Positions 12,770 through 27,200 of a stretch of DNA of 64,000 bases are shown here, piece after piece. The notes under the pieces are model-generated. The model saw only the letters and a list, made by a program, of their open reading frames with translations. It searched no databases and was not told where the DNA came from. This DNA is from Sphyrna mokarran. Lineage: Eukaryota. Positions within the stretch are counted from its first letter, which is position 1. Each line of letters begins with the position of its first letter. Location: positions 10,354,001 to 10,418,000 of the forward strand of contig JAGIQG010000040.1 of the NCBI GenBank assembly GCA_024679065.1. Reading direction: 5' to 3'. Both the position numbers and the translations under genes were made by a program.

Positions 12770-13240
12770 TAGCTTTGCTGCCTCACAGGGAAACGGGTTC
12801 GATTCCAGCCGTGGGTGAATGTGAGTGGTTTTCATATTTTACCCATACCCACGTGAGGTCCCTCTGAGTGTATCAGTTTCCTTCCATACTCCAAGGATAT
12901 GCAGAATAGGTGGATTGGCTCTGATAAGTTGCCCTTTGTGCTCAATGGTGTGCAATGTAGAATCACGGAATTCCTACAGTGCAGAAGACCAATCAGTTCA
13001 TCAAGTCTGCACCAGCTATCCAGCAGAGCATCCTTCCCAGGTCCAAGGTGGATCATCTGTGCTAAATTTCCTATTAGTGTTCAACAATGTGTAGGTTTCA
13101 GGGGATTATCCTGTGAATACGTGTCATTGTCAAGATAGGTTGAAAGCTGGACTCTGGTAGGATGCTTTGCTGAAGAGCCACTGCAGACTTTTTGGACCGA
13201 ATGGCCTCCATTTGAACTGTAGGGATTCTATGATTTGATG
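12770..13240 (+). mobile_element. Degenerate V-SINE (HE1-like). Further copies at ~15600-15880(-), 23315-23600(+), 26063-26420(-), 43960-44075(-), 45025-45300(+), 62420-62705(-)
   Basis: tRNA-like head (ctgcctcacag..gggttcgattcc) and V-domain core (gggtgctccggtttcctcccaca...gctaaatt); several copies have a CR1-like tail. Confidence 0.75.
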
Positions 13241-13984
13241 CTGCTATGATCTAGCAAAAGAGTGAATATATCCGCAATAATCTCAGCTCTTCCAAAGAAT
13301 TACAACTTTCATTTTGGTGGTACTTTCATTTATAGAACAATTTACCCAACCTCATTTCGCCCCAAAGTTCTTAGAGCTCACTAATGTACCTTTGCTGAAT
13401 TTAGTCACTGCTATAATGTCAGAAATACAACAGGTAATTTACGCATAACTTGCTTTAACAAACAGAGATATGATAAAAGACCATAACTTTGCGATTTTGT
13501 TACAAAAATGAGGATTTGTGTAGAATATTGAGCACAACAGCCTTGCTTTTTGTAGTTATATCAAGAGATTTTGCATCCTGGCATCGACCTTAAATGTGAA
13601 TCTGGTTCTCTCTTTGCTGATGGCCATTGAGCTGCATGGTAGTGTTTTTATTTTTTTTTTATAGTTATGGAATCTGCAGCACTTTGCTCAGTTTTCATTG
13701 ATCCTGTGGATGTGAGCATCACAGACAAAGCCAACATTAATTATCCCTGCTGAAAAGGTGATTGTGAAACTTGCCCTCTAGATGATTTTATTGTTTGATT
13801 CTCCATAAAAGCTTTGACACAACTGGCTGGCTTGTTCGGAAATTTCAGTGATTCTGAATTTCATCACAGTGGAACTGGATTCTATGTGGGACAGACAGGA
13901 TAAAAATGGGAATCGTCGGTTCTTGTGCTATTTCCAAATGATAGTGCTTTTGAAGTATAAAAGTAAATTACTGTGTATTCTGGA

Positions 13985-14180
13985 ATTGAAACCAAAAGAA
14001 AAAAAAAGCTGGAAAATCTCAGCAGGCCTGGTAATGTCTGTAAGGAGAGAAAAGAGCTGTCGTTTCGAGTCCAAATGGACTTTTGAGAAAGTTTGAAAAA
14101 GGGACATTGGATTCGAAAATTCAGCTCTTTTCTCTCCTTACAGATGCTGCCAGACTTGCTGAGATTTTCCAGCATTTCCT
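13985..14180. mobile_element. Small palindromic Penelope-derived element at the broken 3' end of the VH pseudogene (related fragments ~7015-7120, 14880-14975, 49260-49370, 55190-55290, 59100-59205)
   Basis: Arms gctggaaaatctcagcagg..ctgtaaggagagaaaagagctg / cagctcttttctctccttacag..tgctgagattttccagc are reverse complements; degenerate hammerhead-like centre. Confidence 0.7.
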
Positions 14181-14184
14181 TTTA

Positions 14185-14425
14185 ACATTGTTTTACGTGT
14201 CTTTGGGCGAGTGAATTGATTCTGAATTCCTGAGAAGAAAAAATTGTAGGTTGATCCTGTTGTACTGAAGAAGATATTATAAACAATGTCCAGGGAGCTG
14301 TGAGACCCAGACTATCCAGTTGCTGCCAATATTCAATATGTTGGCTTTACAGCTCAGTCTCAGGGACTCTCAGGGACGCCGGGTTTCTGCCTCTGGCTGA
14401 GTCAACATAACCTTCGATTCGATAC
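14185..14425 (-). pseudogene. IGHV: IgM-type VH pseudogene (stops, frameshift, mutated splice acceptor, 3' end missing)
   Basis: Minus strand [27 protein letters not shown]...NWIVWVSQLPGHCL*YLLQY, then GIQNQFT..KDT*NN after a frameshift. Acceptor reads tttttataa. A homolog of the leader intron survives at ~14766-14850. Confidence 0.88.
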
Positions 14426-17400
14426 TTATAAAAACATTTAAAAAATGAAAACAGAACTTCACAGACCCCCGGACTTATTCTGTATCGGGAACGTGGCAGA
14501 AAATTATGAGGACACGTACAAACCGACTAAAAACAGCTTCTTTCCTGCTACAATCAAACTTTTGAAGGACCTACCTCGCGTTAAGTTCATGTTTCTCTAC
14601 ATCCTGATTGCAACACTATATTCTGCACTTTGTCGTTTCCTTCTCTATGTACGGTATGCTTTCTTTGTATATTGTGTAAGAAACATTAACTTTCATTGTA
14701 TACTAATATGCATGACAATAATAAATCAAATGGAACCAAATCAAATCAAATCATATCAAATAAATCAAAAAAAGAGGATTATTCCCAGTGAATTGATTGC
14801 TGACACTGTAACATTCCACGGATAGACTAATGCTGAGGCAGTAATAGTGAGTTCCATTGTCATGTCTCTGCTAGTGCAGAGGTGGATTCGACACATCAGC
14901 TCTTTTCTCTCCTTACAGATATTACTAAGCCTGCTGAGGTTTTCCAGAATTTTATCTTTTGGTTTCAATTGCAGAAGCATGTTTACTCTGTATGCCCAAC
15001 AGAGACTCCAGTTCCAATCTGTTATAGAGGGAAAAAAACAATTTTATTGTAAATTAATTCCCTTCATTAATGTGCCTCTCCAGAAGGAAATAGATATAAA
15101 CAAAATGACATTATCTTATCAGGGTAAAGATGTCAATCTGATTTGCAGTAATTTTGTGTCTCTAACATATTACAACAAATATATAATTAATTAGAGGAAT
15201 TATTATTCATTTATTGTATTTCAGGTGAAGATGATTATCACTATAACTTGGGACTGGATATAAGAAAATGGGAAGTAATGGCCTAATTTTTTTTATCGCT
15301 AGATAATTAATTCACAAACTCAAATAATGTTCTCAGGATCCGACTTCGAATCCCGCGCAGCAGACAGTAGAATTTAAATTCAGTAAAAACATCTGGAATT
15401 AAGATTGTCTTTATGACAATGATATCATTGTCGATTGAGTAAAAACTTTTCTTGTTCACGGATCTCTTTTAGGGAAGGGGAACTGTTGTCCTTGCTTGGT
15501 CTGGCCTACATGTGATTCCAGAGCCATAGCAACAGTTGTCTCTCAACTGCCTCGGACAAGGAGTGGACAATCACTGATGATCATTCAGCGACACCCATCT
15601 CCATAGAATCTTTACAGAACAGAAGAGGGATTTGTGGCCTATCTGGCCAACCATCATTCCCACCTACGCCTTATACCCATCACCCCAGATGTGTTCCTTG
15701 ACACCATGGGAAAAATTATCGTCGCTCATCAGCCTATCCTTGGCCCATGTGAGTAAATGGATAGACAACTGGAGTATGTGTAGACTGCACAGAAACAGTA
15801 GCTCCACACAGACCCAAACCGGAAATTGAAGCCGGGTCCCTGGCGCAGTGAGACAGAAATGCTAACAACTATACCACCGTGAGGTCCACGAATGAATTCA
15901 AAAAAGAAAATTCTCATATATTACAATGTTACATCTTATATTTCTCAAACTGCTCCTCAAGCCTGTGAAAATTGAAGGCGAAAGAAACCTGATTGGCTTA
16001 TAATTAATTGAGTTGACAGAGAAACATAAAATTGAAATCGACGTTTGACAGAGAACTCAATGGATCAGAATGGACACATCAAGATTTTGTGGCGTATTGC
16101 ACAATATCAGGGGAATAAATATTTTATCTTCCACTGAACCAGGTTGTGAAAGGCTCATTTCTTCACAGATTGGCAGCTCCGAGAGGTACTGTTCAATAAT
16201 CGAAATCATATTATGCTGCACAACAGAACATGGTGCTAATCAGATGTAAGAGCCTTTTTAATGAAGGGCAGAACACTGAGAATATTCCAGGAATCGGCAT
16301 TGTTCAAGGCAGATCTATGACTTCCTTTTGCTTTTAATTATTTTCAAATGGGCCATTGCACTGATCTCATTGGACTGAGGGATTGGGGACATCATCATCT
16401 CTTTCGTGCACTTCATGAAGTTGCTCACAAAGTGGCTTTAATTGTTGGAAAGATATTTATCTGGAAGTTATATAAATGAAACTGCACCGTGCCAATTTAC
16501 TAGTTGTCGGTACTATTTAATCATACAATGAATAATGCAGTCTTTTAAAATATTGCTTGGAATGAATACCATTTACGACATGACTTTATTGTGGGAATTA
16601 AACATTTATTATGTCACTGGTTAAGTCCCATTTTATCTTTACATGTTCACGTTAATCTGTCGCACGCAGTATTTGGCACCAGTCCAACCTGCTGCCAAAT
16701 ACCGAAAATATTTACAGGAAGCATCTGAAGGTGTTTTGCTCAGAAACTCAAAGATCTGTTTCCTCAGTACTGAACAGTTGGCTGCAAACCAGCGTCAAAC
16801 TCACAGCATCGTCAATGGGCCTATTTATAAACAAATCTGCCTAGCAACAGTACTGGAGACAATTTTAAAGTTGTAAACTGATATGAATGTTTCCCATTTG
16901 TTAGGAAAAGAAAGTCATTCAGTTCTCTGGAACTTTGCTGGCAAAATAATCTATCCAATACAACAAAACACTGATCGAAGGATATAAATAAATACACGCA
17001 GACTGTGAGAGTTAATTCAGAGATGGAATATTTTACACTATATAAATGTATATGCTTATCTTTTATTTCACTTTACTTTTCCATGGGACATGGGAGTCTC
17101 TGAAAAAAATCAACATTTGTTTATTGTGCCTCGTTTCTTTTCAACTGAGTGGCGTACTAAAGTAATTCAGAAGCCATTGCCTAGTTACACTTGTTGCTGT
17201 CCGTCTGGAGTCACATCCTGGTGAGAACAAGTAAGGATGGCAGATTCTTTGACTGCGAGATCAGAGAGATTTATCAGGTCTCTGTCAGAATGATTTATTG
17301 ATTGAATTCAAATTCCATCAGCTGCCATGGTCGGATTTAATCTCGTGTTCCCCCATCATTGGCCTGGGTTTCTGGATTACTGGCATTTATATGGGCACCA

Positions 17401-19678
17401 TCGTCACAATTTTTTTAAACTGCTTGTGTTGAGACAGAGATGAAAGATAGTTGAGTTCCTGAATGCTTTGATTGAGGAATTAGTGAATGGATTTACTGAT
17501 CTGACAATAGCTGGTCCTGAAGTTTACTGTTCTACATTCGCATACGTTTATTTTACCACATCAAAAATCGAACAGATCCTTTATTACAATTGTGTCAGCC
17601 TATAACCTTTAGTCCTTCCAGATTTTCCCAGTGAATTCCATTCCCGGCATGCCGGGAACAAATGAACTGAAGCTTTTTCCTCCATGTTGATAGCGAATCG
17701 TCAAACCCAAGATGGAATGAGGAAACATGAGCAGATTGCTGATCGCGGATTGTTATAGTTGGATCATGTGGCCTTTCGAGTGCAACAAATCATTCAACAG
17801 ATCATCACCCAAATTAGTGAAGATAACAGGCTAAAAAATAAATCATGTGACAACTAAAATATTGTGAAATTCATTGGAAAGTCTCACGTTTTAAATGAGT
17901 TTCCAGAACTGTTTAATAATGAACCCCGATTTTAAACTTTTATAACTTTACATTAGATACAGATACTTTCAGTTATGCAGCCATTTTAAAACTGATCACA
18001 CAATCCAGTTGTATATCAGGAATTTCTGTGTGATGGTGGCGTGATTATTTGTCAAGAAAACATAGATGCTGCTGGGTAGCTGCTCTTGATCCTCGGTCTG
18101 AATTAATCCCATTTCCCGCTGAATGCTGGGGCAGATTTGATTCTTTGGTGAAGAAAGGCCAATGTGATCTCAATATATGCGAATCTCAATAAATTATATT
18201 AAATAAACTGCAGTTGTATTTGCATACAATAAAATATTGGCAACAATGGCTGAAATGTTGATGTAGTTTTGTGAATTGAAGATTATTGGTAATATTGGCG
18301 CCAGGCAATGACCATCTGCAAAAAGAGAGAATCTGACCATTGCCCCTTGTTACTCAATGACATTATAATATTGAATCAACCACTATAAATGTCATCAGGG
18401 CTACCATTGGCTAATTGCTGTATTAACTAGGTATGTACATGCTCCGGCTGGAATATCAGGTCAGCCTGCTGTGAGTAACCCGCCTTCTGACTCCCCAAAC
18501 CTGTGCACCACCTACGCGACACAAGTCAGGAGAATAAAAGAGTCCTCTCCACTTGCTTGAGTAAGTGCAGTTCAAACAAAAATCTTCATACCATTCCGGA
18601 CAAAGCAGCCGATTTTTCAGGTATAATATTTGCAAGTGCTCAATCTGTCCACCACAGAGAACAGCATTATGAACCATCTACCATTTTCACTTCCGAAACT
18701 CACCAAGACTCCTTAGGCAGCACCTGCCAACTACACAACCACCTGAAAGACAGGGGTAACAGTTATCAAGGAATATCACCTATAAATTCCCCTCCAAGTC
18801 AGTCATATATCTGAATGGAAATATATCATCCTTCCCTCACTGTCGCTGGATCGAAATCCTAGAACTCCCTCAGCAACAGCACTGTATATATACCTAAACA
18901 CAGGGTCTGCAGCCATTCAAGAAGGCTGTTCACCACCAGCTTGCTAAGAGCAATTAGGGATAAGTAACAAATGTTGAATTCACCAGCAACGCCCATATCT
19001 CTTAAAATAAAACTTAAACGCATTAATGTTTATGATGGATGAAAACCTGTGAAAAAATTGTGCATCTTTGTGAATGGATGGCAACTGGTGAAAATACATG
19101 CCAACTTTCTGATTATTTATGACCTATTCTTTCTCTGTCAGAAGATAGGTTCCGTTCCACATGAGATTCATGATTCAGAAACATCATACTATCCGAAGAC
19201 AAGGCCGATACAAGAGAAAGCAACATCTGTAGGCATATCTCAATCATAACATTACGAGAAAGGTGTTTGATGGAATGACAATTTTGTTGCATATCTGCTT
19301 GAAGACCAGGAGTAACCTGAAGCACAGTGTTGTATTTGTTTTTGAAGGTGTACGTGTCATAACCATACGTTCGTGAATTTCAGTACGACATTCGACACTA
19401 GCATCAGAGCAGAGACTACAAGATTTGGGGGAACTAAGCTCTCCACCAAAAAAATCTTTAGTATCATTGCTGATATAGAAAAGGACAATTTACGACACAA
19501 CTGTTGGCTTCATGAGCAGTTGAATCAACCTGTCAAAAATTGTCCTCCTCAGTCATCAACAAATGTGTCATATAAAAAAAGAAACCAAACTGAAATGTAT
19601 GTGTTTACTGTGATTCTAACTTCTATTGTAAATGGAATGATGCCGGTTATCATTGTGACATTGATTTGTAAACTATAT

Positions 19679-19882
19679 NNNNNNNNNNNNNNNNNNNNNN
19701 NNNNNNNNNNNNNNNNNNNNNNNNNNNNNNNNNNNNNNNNNNNNNNNNNNNNNNNNNNNNNNNNNNNNNNNNNNNNNNNNNNNNNNNNNNNNNNNNNNNN
19801 NNNNNNNNNNNNNNNNNNNNNNNNNNNNNNNNNNNNNNNNNNNNNNNNNNNNNNNNNNNNNNNNNNNNNNNNNNNNNNNNNN
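19679..19882. other. Assembly gap (204 N)
   Basis: Run of N. Confidence 1.
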
Positions 19883-20099
19883 TATCTTGGCTTCCTGAAG
19901 GCTTCAGTGATAATGGCCCCCACCATCTTTTACCTGGAATGATGAACAAATAAGCTTTTTCCCAACGTCATGTTTGCTGAGCTCGATGTTAATGGTCCGG
20001 TGCCCTCTGCACCCTGGCCAACATCCCTCTTATTAAACCGAAATGAACAAAACTCATTCCCATTGATTGAGCCATTTTGATCTGATGCTGACCTGACAA

Positions 20100-20720
20100 C
20101 ATCGGAACATAGCGGCAGGAGTTAGGCCATTCAGTTCCTCGAACTCGCCCCGCCATTCAATAAGATCATGGCTGACCTGCGGCTGAATCCATGTAACTTC
20201 CCTCGGCCCATGTCCCTTGACACTCCTATTCAATACAAAAAAAAATCGATTCTCAAACTTAAATCTAACAATTGAACCAATATCCACCGTCATTTGGGGA
20301 AGAGAGTTTTAAGATTGTACCTCTGTCTGCATGTAGAAATGTTTTCTATCAAATCTCCTGGACGGTTTGTCCCTTTTTTTAATGTGACCTTTTATTTTCG
20401 AATCTTCAACTGATGGAAACATTTTATCTTTATCTACTCTATCCCTTCCTGTAAATACTTCATAGATTTCTATCAGATGGACATTCAAGCTTCTGAATTG
20501 GAGAGAAAAAGTCTGAATTTGTCTTGTCTGTCCTCACAACTTGAGTTGATTTCCCTCCAGAGACGACATCTTTCCAAAGGTGTGTTGCCCATACTTGTTC
20601 ACAGTACTCAAATTGGGGTCGAACGAAGATTTTGCACAATTGCGATATAAAATCTGCATCCTTATACTCCGCTCCTTTGGATACGAAGGTCAGCATTCCG
20701 TTGGCCTTAATGACTATTTT
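20100..20720 (-). mobile_element. Old CR1 3' fragment
   Basis: LCKIFVRPQFEYCEQVW in ORF 20460-20696; CR1 tail gttaggccattcag. Confidence 0.75.
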
Positions 20721-23700
20721 TTGCAGGAGGTCGTGACATTTTAAGAAACTAGGTGCCTAACACAAAATCTTGTTTGGCACCCACTAAATTTAACTTTGTT
20801 CCTTCTAATATATATTGATTTCTCATTTGGACACTTGACATTTTGTGCCATTATTTAAGCTCTTAATGAGTATTGCAAATAATTGAAGTCCCAGACAAAT
20901 TCCTGTGGGAAACCATTTACCCTGCATGATTCAGCAACATACGTGCACAATTACACTGCACCTGACATTTTGGCACCTTGCAGAAGGAGACATGATGTTA
21001 ATGGATGTTAGCTCTTGGTTCATTAACATCATAGATCATATCTGACAGCGATATTTTCACAGTAACTGTAATTACAAAGATTTGCCGGCAGATGGAAATG
21101 AAATCTTCATGGGTTACATTATATGAAGGATGAACTGACGCTATAAATACTGCACTGGATCCTGTATCTGTTCGTTTTGAATTGGCTCCATATGTATATT
21201 CTTAGATTGCACTCTGTCTCTGATTATAATACATTATATTATATGACCCCCTGTTTAAACTAATATTGCACCAGTATATGTTAATGTACGCATCACACAA
21301 TCACTCTGATCCGAGTATTTCCAGGAAGGATCTAACTTTGCAGTTCTGCCATATGCTGTCCTGAACGGTGGTGGACATTTAAGCAATTAATCACAGCAGG
21401 AGCGTCAAATAAAACTGTCTTTTTTAATAATGGAGGAGGGCAGCAAAAACAAGAGCGATAGAAGTGCTGAGAGGATTTTCCATCTCGACATCCTCCTGCG
21501 GTCCCGAGCATCACAGGTGCCAGTTTCCAAGCTGCTTAATTCATTACATGGAATAACATTGGAACAGGAGGAGGCCATTCAAGCCCTGGAGCCCGCTCAG
21601 CCATGCAAAATGATCGTGATTGATGATTGGCCTAACCCTCTGCTGAAGGTATTGGACGCTGCAAGGATTATTGGTCCTGACAATATTTCACCAGTAATAA
21701 TGATGATTTGTGCCCTGGAGCTAGCTGCGTCCCAGCCAATCTATTCAGGTATTGTTACATCACTATCACATGCCCAACAGTATGGAAAGTTGGTAGACGT
21801 GCCTTGTCGCAAAAGGCAAGGCAAATCCAGTCTGGCCGAGTGCCGCCAAATGTGATCTCACAGATCAAAATAATAGAAAGTATCGAGGATCATCCGATCA
21901 GAAATAATAGTAATAATCTACTCAATAAAGCTCTGTCTGGGTTCCACTCGGAACACTCGGTTTCAGAAATCACTTAAAATCGTTAGTCCAAATATAGTGG
22001 AAATAGCTGATTTAATGAGGTGAGGTGAGAGTGCCTATCCTTGGCATGACTTGACCGATGATGGCATCAAGAAGCCCGAGTAAGGCTGCAGCCAATGGGG
22101 ATCCGGGGGTAAACACTCTATTCACACCGAGTACAGAGTGAGATGGGTGTGGTCGTTGAAAACCAATCACCTCAGTCACATAGCATTGCTGAAGGAACTC
22201 TTCAGGATAATGTGTACGACCTAATCTTCACCCTTCGTTAGAAGGTCAGAAGTGAGATGTTCACTAATGATTGCAACTCCTCAGATACTGAAGCATTCCG
22301 TGTCCACATGCAGCAAGACTTAGAACACATTCAGGCTTTGGCTGAAGAGTGGAGAGTAACATTCTCGCCATACAAATGGAGACAATGACTTTTTTCAAGT
22401 AAGAGAGGTTCCAAACATCTCCCTTTGACACTAAACGACATGACGACCACTGAAATCCCACTATCATCATTCTGGGAATTACTGTTGATTAATAACTAAA
22501 CTGGGACAGCCATGTAAATAATATTGCGATAAGAACAGGCCAGAGGATTGGAATTTTGTACTGAGTGACTCATCTCCTCACTTCCCAAACCCTCTTTATC
22601 AAGTACAGGGCAAATGTCAGGAGTGTTATTTGAATATTCTCCACTTGTTTAATGTGTGACCCCGAAGCAACACCCAAATATCTCGATACCACCCAGCAGA
22701 AAGCAGGGAGCTCGATGAACGCCACACACGCCACTTTAAGCATGCACTTTCTGCGTTACAGATATACACCTCCTGTAACGTGAACTACAAACAATTCGTA
22801 TAGCAGAAACATAAACTTTCCATAGGAACTTCTAAAGACATTAGCTCTGACACTTAAAACGACAGGACAGCAGATGCACAAGAACACAATTAGCTTCAAG
22901 TGACCATAAAACCCACACTCCATCTTCACTGTATATTTCAGTGTTAAAAGGAAAAAACTTGTAACTCCCTTCCTGTCAGCACTGTACGTTTATTTGCTCT
23001 GTGGAATTCAATGGTTCGAGAAGAGAGCTCACCAGCACATTTTCAAAGGGAGAAACGAAGCAGCAACAAATGCTCCTTTACCAGCGATACCAAAATCTCA
23101 TAAAATAACTTTGAACATGTCATATCTCAGCTTACATTCAACTAGCCCCTATCTCTGTCTGTATTGCAATAGACCATGTCTCGATTACATTTCAACATGT
23201 CCCATCTCCTTTAGTTCTCGGCTCATTATCAGTTCTTCCTACATGAGGCCAAGGCCCTACTTTGACGATACTTTTGGAGTCATGACTGTGCTGAACTATG
23301 TTTCAGTTATTATGGGCGGCAAAGTGGCACAATCGTTATCACTGCAACCTGATAGCACCAGGGATCTGACTTCACTTCCCAGCTACGATGACTGTTTGTG
23401 TGTCATCTGCATGTTTTCCCTGTATCTGGATAGGTTTCATCCGGGTGCTCCGGTTTCCTCCCACAATCCGAAGGATGTGCTGTTTAGGTGTATTTTGGCC
23501 ATGCTAAATTTTCCTCTAAATTCTATCTGAACAGGCGACTAGGGGATTTTCACATGAATTTAATTGCAGTCTTAATGTAGGCCTACTTGTGACGCTAATA
23601 ATAAGTTTTAAAACTTTCATCTGCCCGTGTCTCAATTCCTATTGCATCAGAACATGTATCTGTGTGTATTAAACTGAAACAACATTCTTGTGCTACAAAT

Positions 23701-23774
23701 GATTCGGTCACATTATTTGCTTGAATAGTTCATGAGATTAAATGAATTCGCCCTTGTTTTGATTAGAAGTTGCC

Positions 23775-24215
23775 TGTGAGGAAATGCTGAGGAATCTGGG
23801 ACTGTACTCGTTGGCGTTTAGAAGGATGAGGCGGAGGGAGGGGATCTTATCGAAACTTACAGGATACTGCGAGGTCCTGGATAGAGTGGACGTGGAGAAG
23901 ATGTTTCCACTAGTAGGAAAATCTAGAACCAGAGGACACAACCTCAGGCTAAAGGGGTAATCCTTTGAAACAGAGATGAGTAGGGATTTCGTCAGCCAAA
24001 GAGTGGGGAATGTGTGGAACTCTCTGCCACAGAAGGCTGTGGAGGCCAGGTCATTGAATTTCTTTAAGACAGAGATAGATAGATTCCTGATTAATAAGGG
24101 GATCGGGAAAAAGGTAGGAGAATGGGGGATGAGAAAAATATCAGCTATGATTAAATGTCGGGGCAAATTTGATGGGCCAAGTGGCCTCATTCTGCTCCTG
24201 TGTCTGATGGTCTTA
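23775..24215 (+). mobile_element. CR1 3' fragment
   Basis: FVSQRVGNVWNSLPQKAVEARSL...EIDRFL; tail gatgggccaagtggcct. Confidence 0.85.
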
Positions 24216-27200
24216 TCGGTCAGGTCTTAATGCTGCCTAAATCCATGTATGTGTTTCGTTAATCCTGACTCTGCCTATATTTCATGCGGCCAGGTCACTG
24301 TTATTAATGAACTAGATTATGTTTCTGCTTGAATTATGGCCGCATTACTCTACGGTATTGCGAGGAGGAGAATAATGCAATACATAGACCTGCTGTGCTT
24401 TAAAAAAAAACTTGTTTAGGCAGCAGGATCCTGAAAGAGAAACATTGGGTCGACAGTGCACCTAGCGCAGGGTTTGATATCCACTTGCAATGCAGTCAGC
24501 AGAATTGGATTTCAGCTTTCACTTCTTCCAGTGTCCAAGACCAGTCTCCATCCGAGAGAGTTGTGCCTGTAGGAGGATGCAGAGAAATGTGTTCCCCAGC
24601 CATTTTTCACATTATTGCGTCTTGTCCAGTGCAGTAAAACTGAGATCGTGTCCAATATAAAATGGAAATGGTCATAGTCAAGTGCAGAACTAAGACCAAA
24701 TCCAGTTTACTATAGAGACAGCTCTATATTAATAAAAACGGAGTCACTGTTGAGCTTAGTATAAACGGAGATATCGCGACGTGTAGTATAAAAAGAGACA
24801 TTATCTAGTTTTAGTGTAAAGAGAGAGCACGTCTAGTGTAATATGAACAATGACATAATCATCTTTCATATAAACTGACACACGGATTAGTCAATTTAAC
24901 AATAGTAGAGCAGGGTCACAGAGGAGTGCAATATAGAGACAGGGCCTAATGTCCCATCAAACATTCCAAGGACAAGTGCAGCATGTGTTTAGGTACCGAA
25001 TGTTCAGCTCTCTCCACTTTGCAACATTAAACACTCCCAAAGCAGGTGTAGCACGGAATAGATACGAAGTGAATCCCTCTCTTCGCTGTCCCAATCAAAC
25101 ATCCCCAGCAAATGTAGAAACAGTAAACCTTTTTCTACACTGTCATTCAAACAATTGGATGGCTGGGACAGGACGAGTTAGATTCCGGGAATGAACAAGA
25201 CACATTTTGGAGCAAAGCTCTCCCGATATGTTGCAATTAATTGAATTAGATCCATTTAGTTAGAAGCCTGTCAATATGGTTGACAGAATACATTAGATGG
25301 TGTTTGACTTAATGTTGTTGACAACGATCCATTGTGGAGAGACAAGACGTGACACAGAATCAGAGAGGAGAAAAACAGAGAGATAAAACACAGGAAATCT
25401 CCACAAATATATTTGTGTGGCATTATATTTCGAGGTTAGAAGGAATATTTCATACTTTTGAACAGAGCCTTTTTTTTGTGCATATAACTGAAGAAGAAAA
25501 ATACCCAAAAAACAATCCCGACTGGAATTCGTTGATTCATATACACGTTTGTCTATTTCTGTGCTGTGTTGATTTTTTTTTTGCCTTTTTCTCAATCAAT
25601 AAATGTATTCTGAGATTGCTATTTCTCTGTTTATTTACACAAACACTTCACTGGTTAGAATGATCGATCACGGCAGCAAAACCAGATAAATGGTCACTTA
25701 TTGATTCGTTTCAACTCAAAATAACGTTTTAATTTAAGTATATTGACAGTTGGTTCAAAATGAGTGGAAGCTTTATGAATATGCATGAGAGCAGATGTTG
25801 TTTAGTTCAATAAAGAGATACATTCTAGTAAAAAAAATGTTCCGAGTGTTCTGATGTCACAGATAAATAAAACATATTTGAACAGGTTGGTTTTCCACTG
25901 GATGTCAATTTGATTGATGACTTAATCTACTTAAACTGGACAAGTTACTACACCAGACAGTGGAATGAATACAATCACATTAATCTCAGAGCTTTCAACA
26001 TATCAAATTCTGCATTTTGTAATGTTAACACTTGAAAAGAACTTGAATTTGGTTCACTTCAACATAGAAACCCTATAGTGTAAATAAGGCCATTCAGCCC
26101 GTCGAGTCTGCACCGACAACGATTCTACCCACGACCTATCCCCGTAACGCAACATTGTTACTCTGTTAATCTCGCTAACCTATGTATCCTGGGGCACTAA
26201 GCGACAATTTAGCATGGCCAATCAACCTAACCCGTACATCTTTGCACTGTGTGAGGAAACTGGAGGTTTTCGGAAGAAAACCTCACAGACATGTGAAGAA
26301 TGTGCGAACCATACGCAGATAGTGACCCAAGCTGGGAATCGAACCAAGGATCTAGAGATATAATACAGCAGTGCTAACCACTGTGCCACCGTACCACCTC
26401 ACTGTGCCACCGTGCCAACCACTTTTATAACAGTTTCCCCGACCGCAGTTGGCCCCAAAGCATTTAAAACTTTCTGCCGTTTTTCCGATTAATTTATTCA
26501 CTAACTGTAATATTGGGAATATAGCGAGTATTTTGGGGCACAGCAGCCTCCCATGATCCGAAATGTGATAAAGGAACAACAATTTTGTGATTTTACTTGA
26601 AGAATGAATGATCCAGGAATCTGGGGAGAACAGCCCTGTTTTACACAATTATATCATCGAGATTTTGCATCCGACCATTTACCTGAACTGAGAAGCTGTT
26701 TCACTCTCTGCTGATGCCCACTGATCAACATTTTTTTTGTTGTTTTCCTGTTAGATTTCCAGAATCTTCACTGTTTGCAATGTAATTGTCAAACGCAATC
26801 TTCTCCTAGCCTTGAATCTCATTCTGACACAATGGCAATGACTAATTGGAATCCATATAAAAGTTCCATCAATTCTTAAAATGACATCGGGAAACAGATG
26901 ATGTAGGAGGTCTTATCGAACTTGACATTAATCTGGTATGAGCTGTACTATCAGAACAGCCGAACTTTCGGTTTGCTTCCCTTACAACTGAGCAGTTTAT
27001 GGGAGATATTGTACAGAGTTTCAGAGTTATGAATGGAAATGTTTTATTCGTTTGGAAGAAACTATTATCCACTAGCAAGAGGGCCAGAGTATGGAAGACA
27101 CTTCTTGATTGCATTGCGGAAAGCCGTACTTCTATTTGTGTTGTACCCGATTTTAATTATATGACAGTAGGAACCTAATCTTTTCACTCAATTAACGGCT

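Noticed and set aside
13918-13976. Possible D-segment/RSS relics (CACAGTA; CACTATC-13bp-ACAAGAACC) beyond the VH pseudogene
   Set aside because: Spacer lengths and heptamers do not fit 12/23 RSS well enough to support by eye.
19373-19949. ORFs spanning the N run
   Set aside because: Open only because of the assembly gap.
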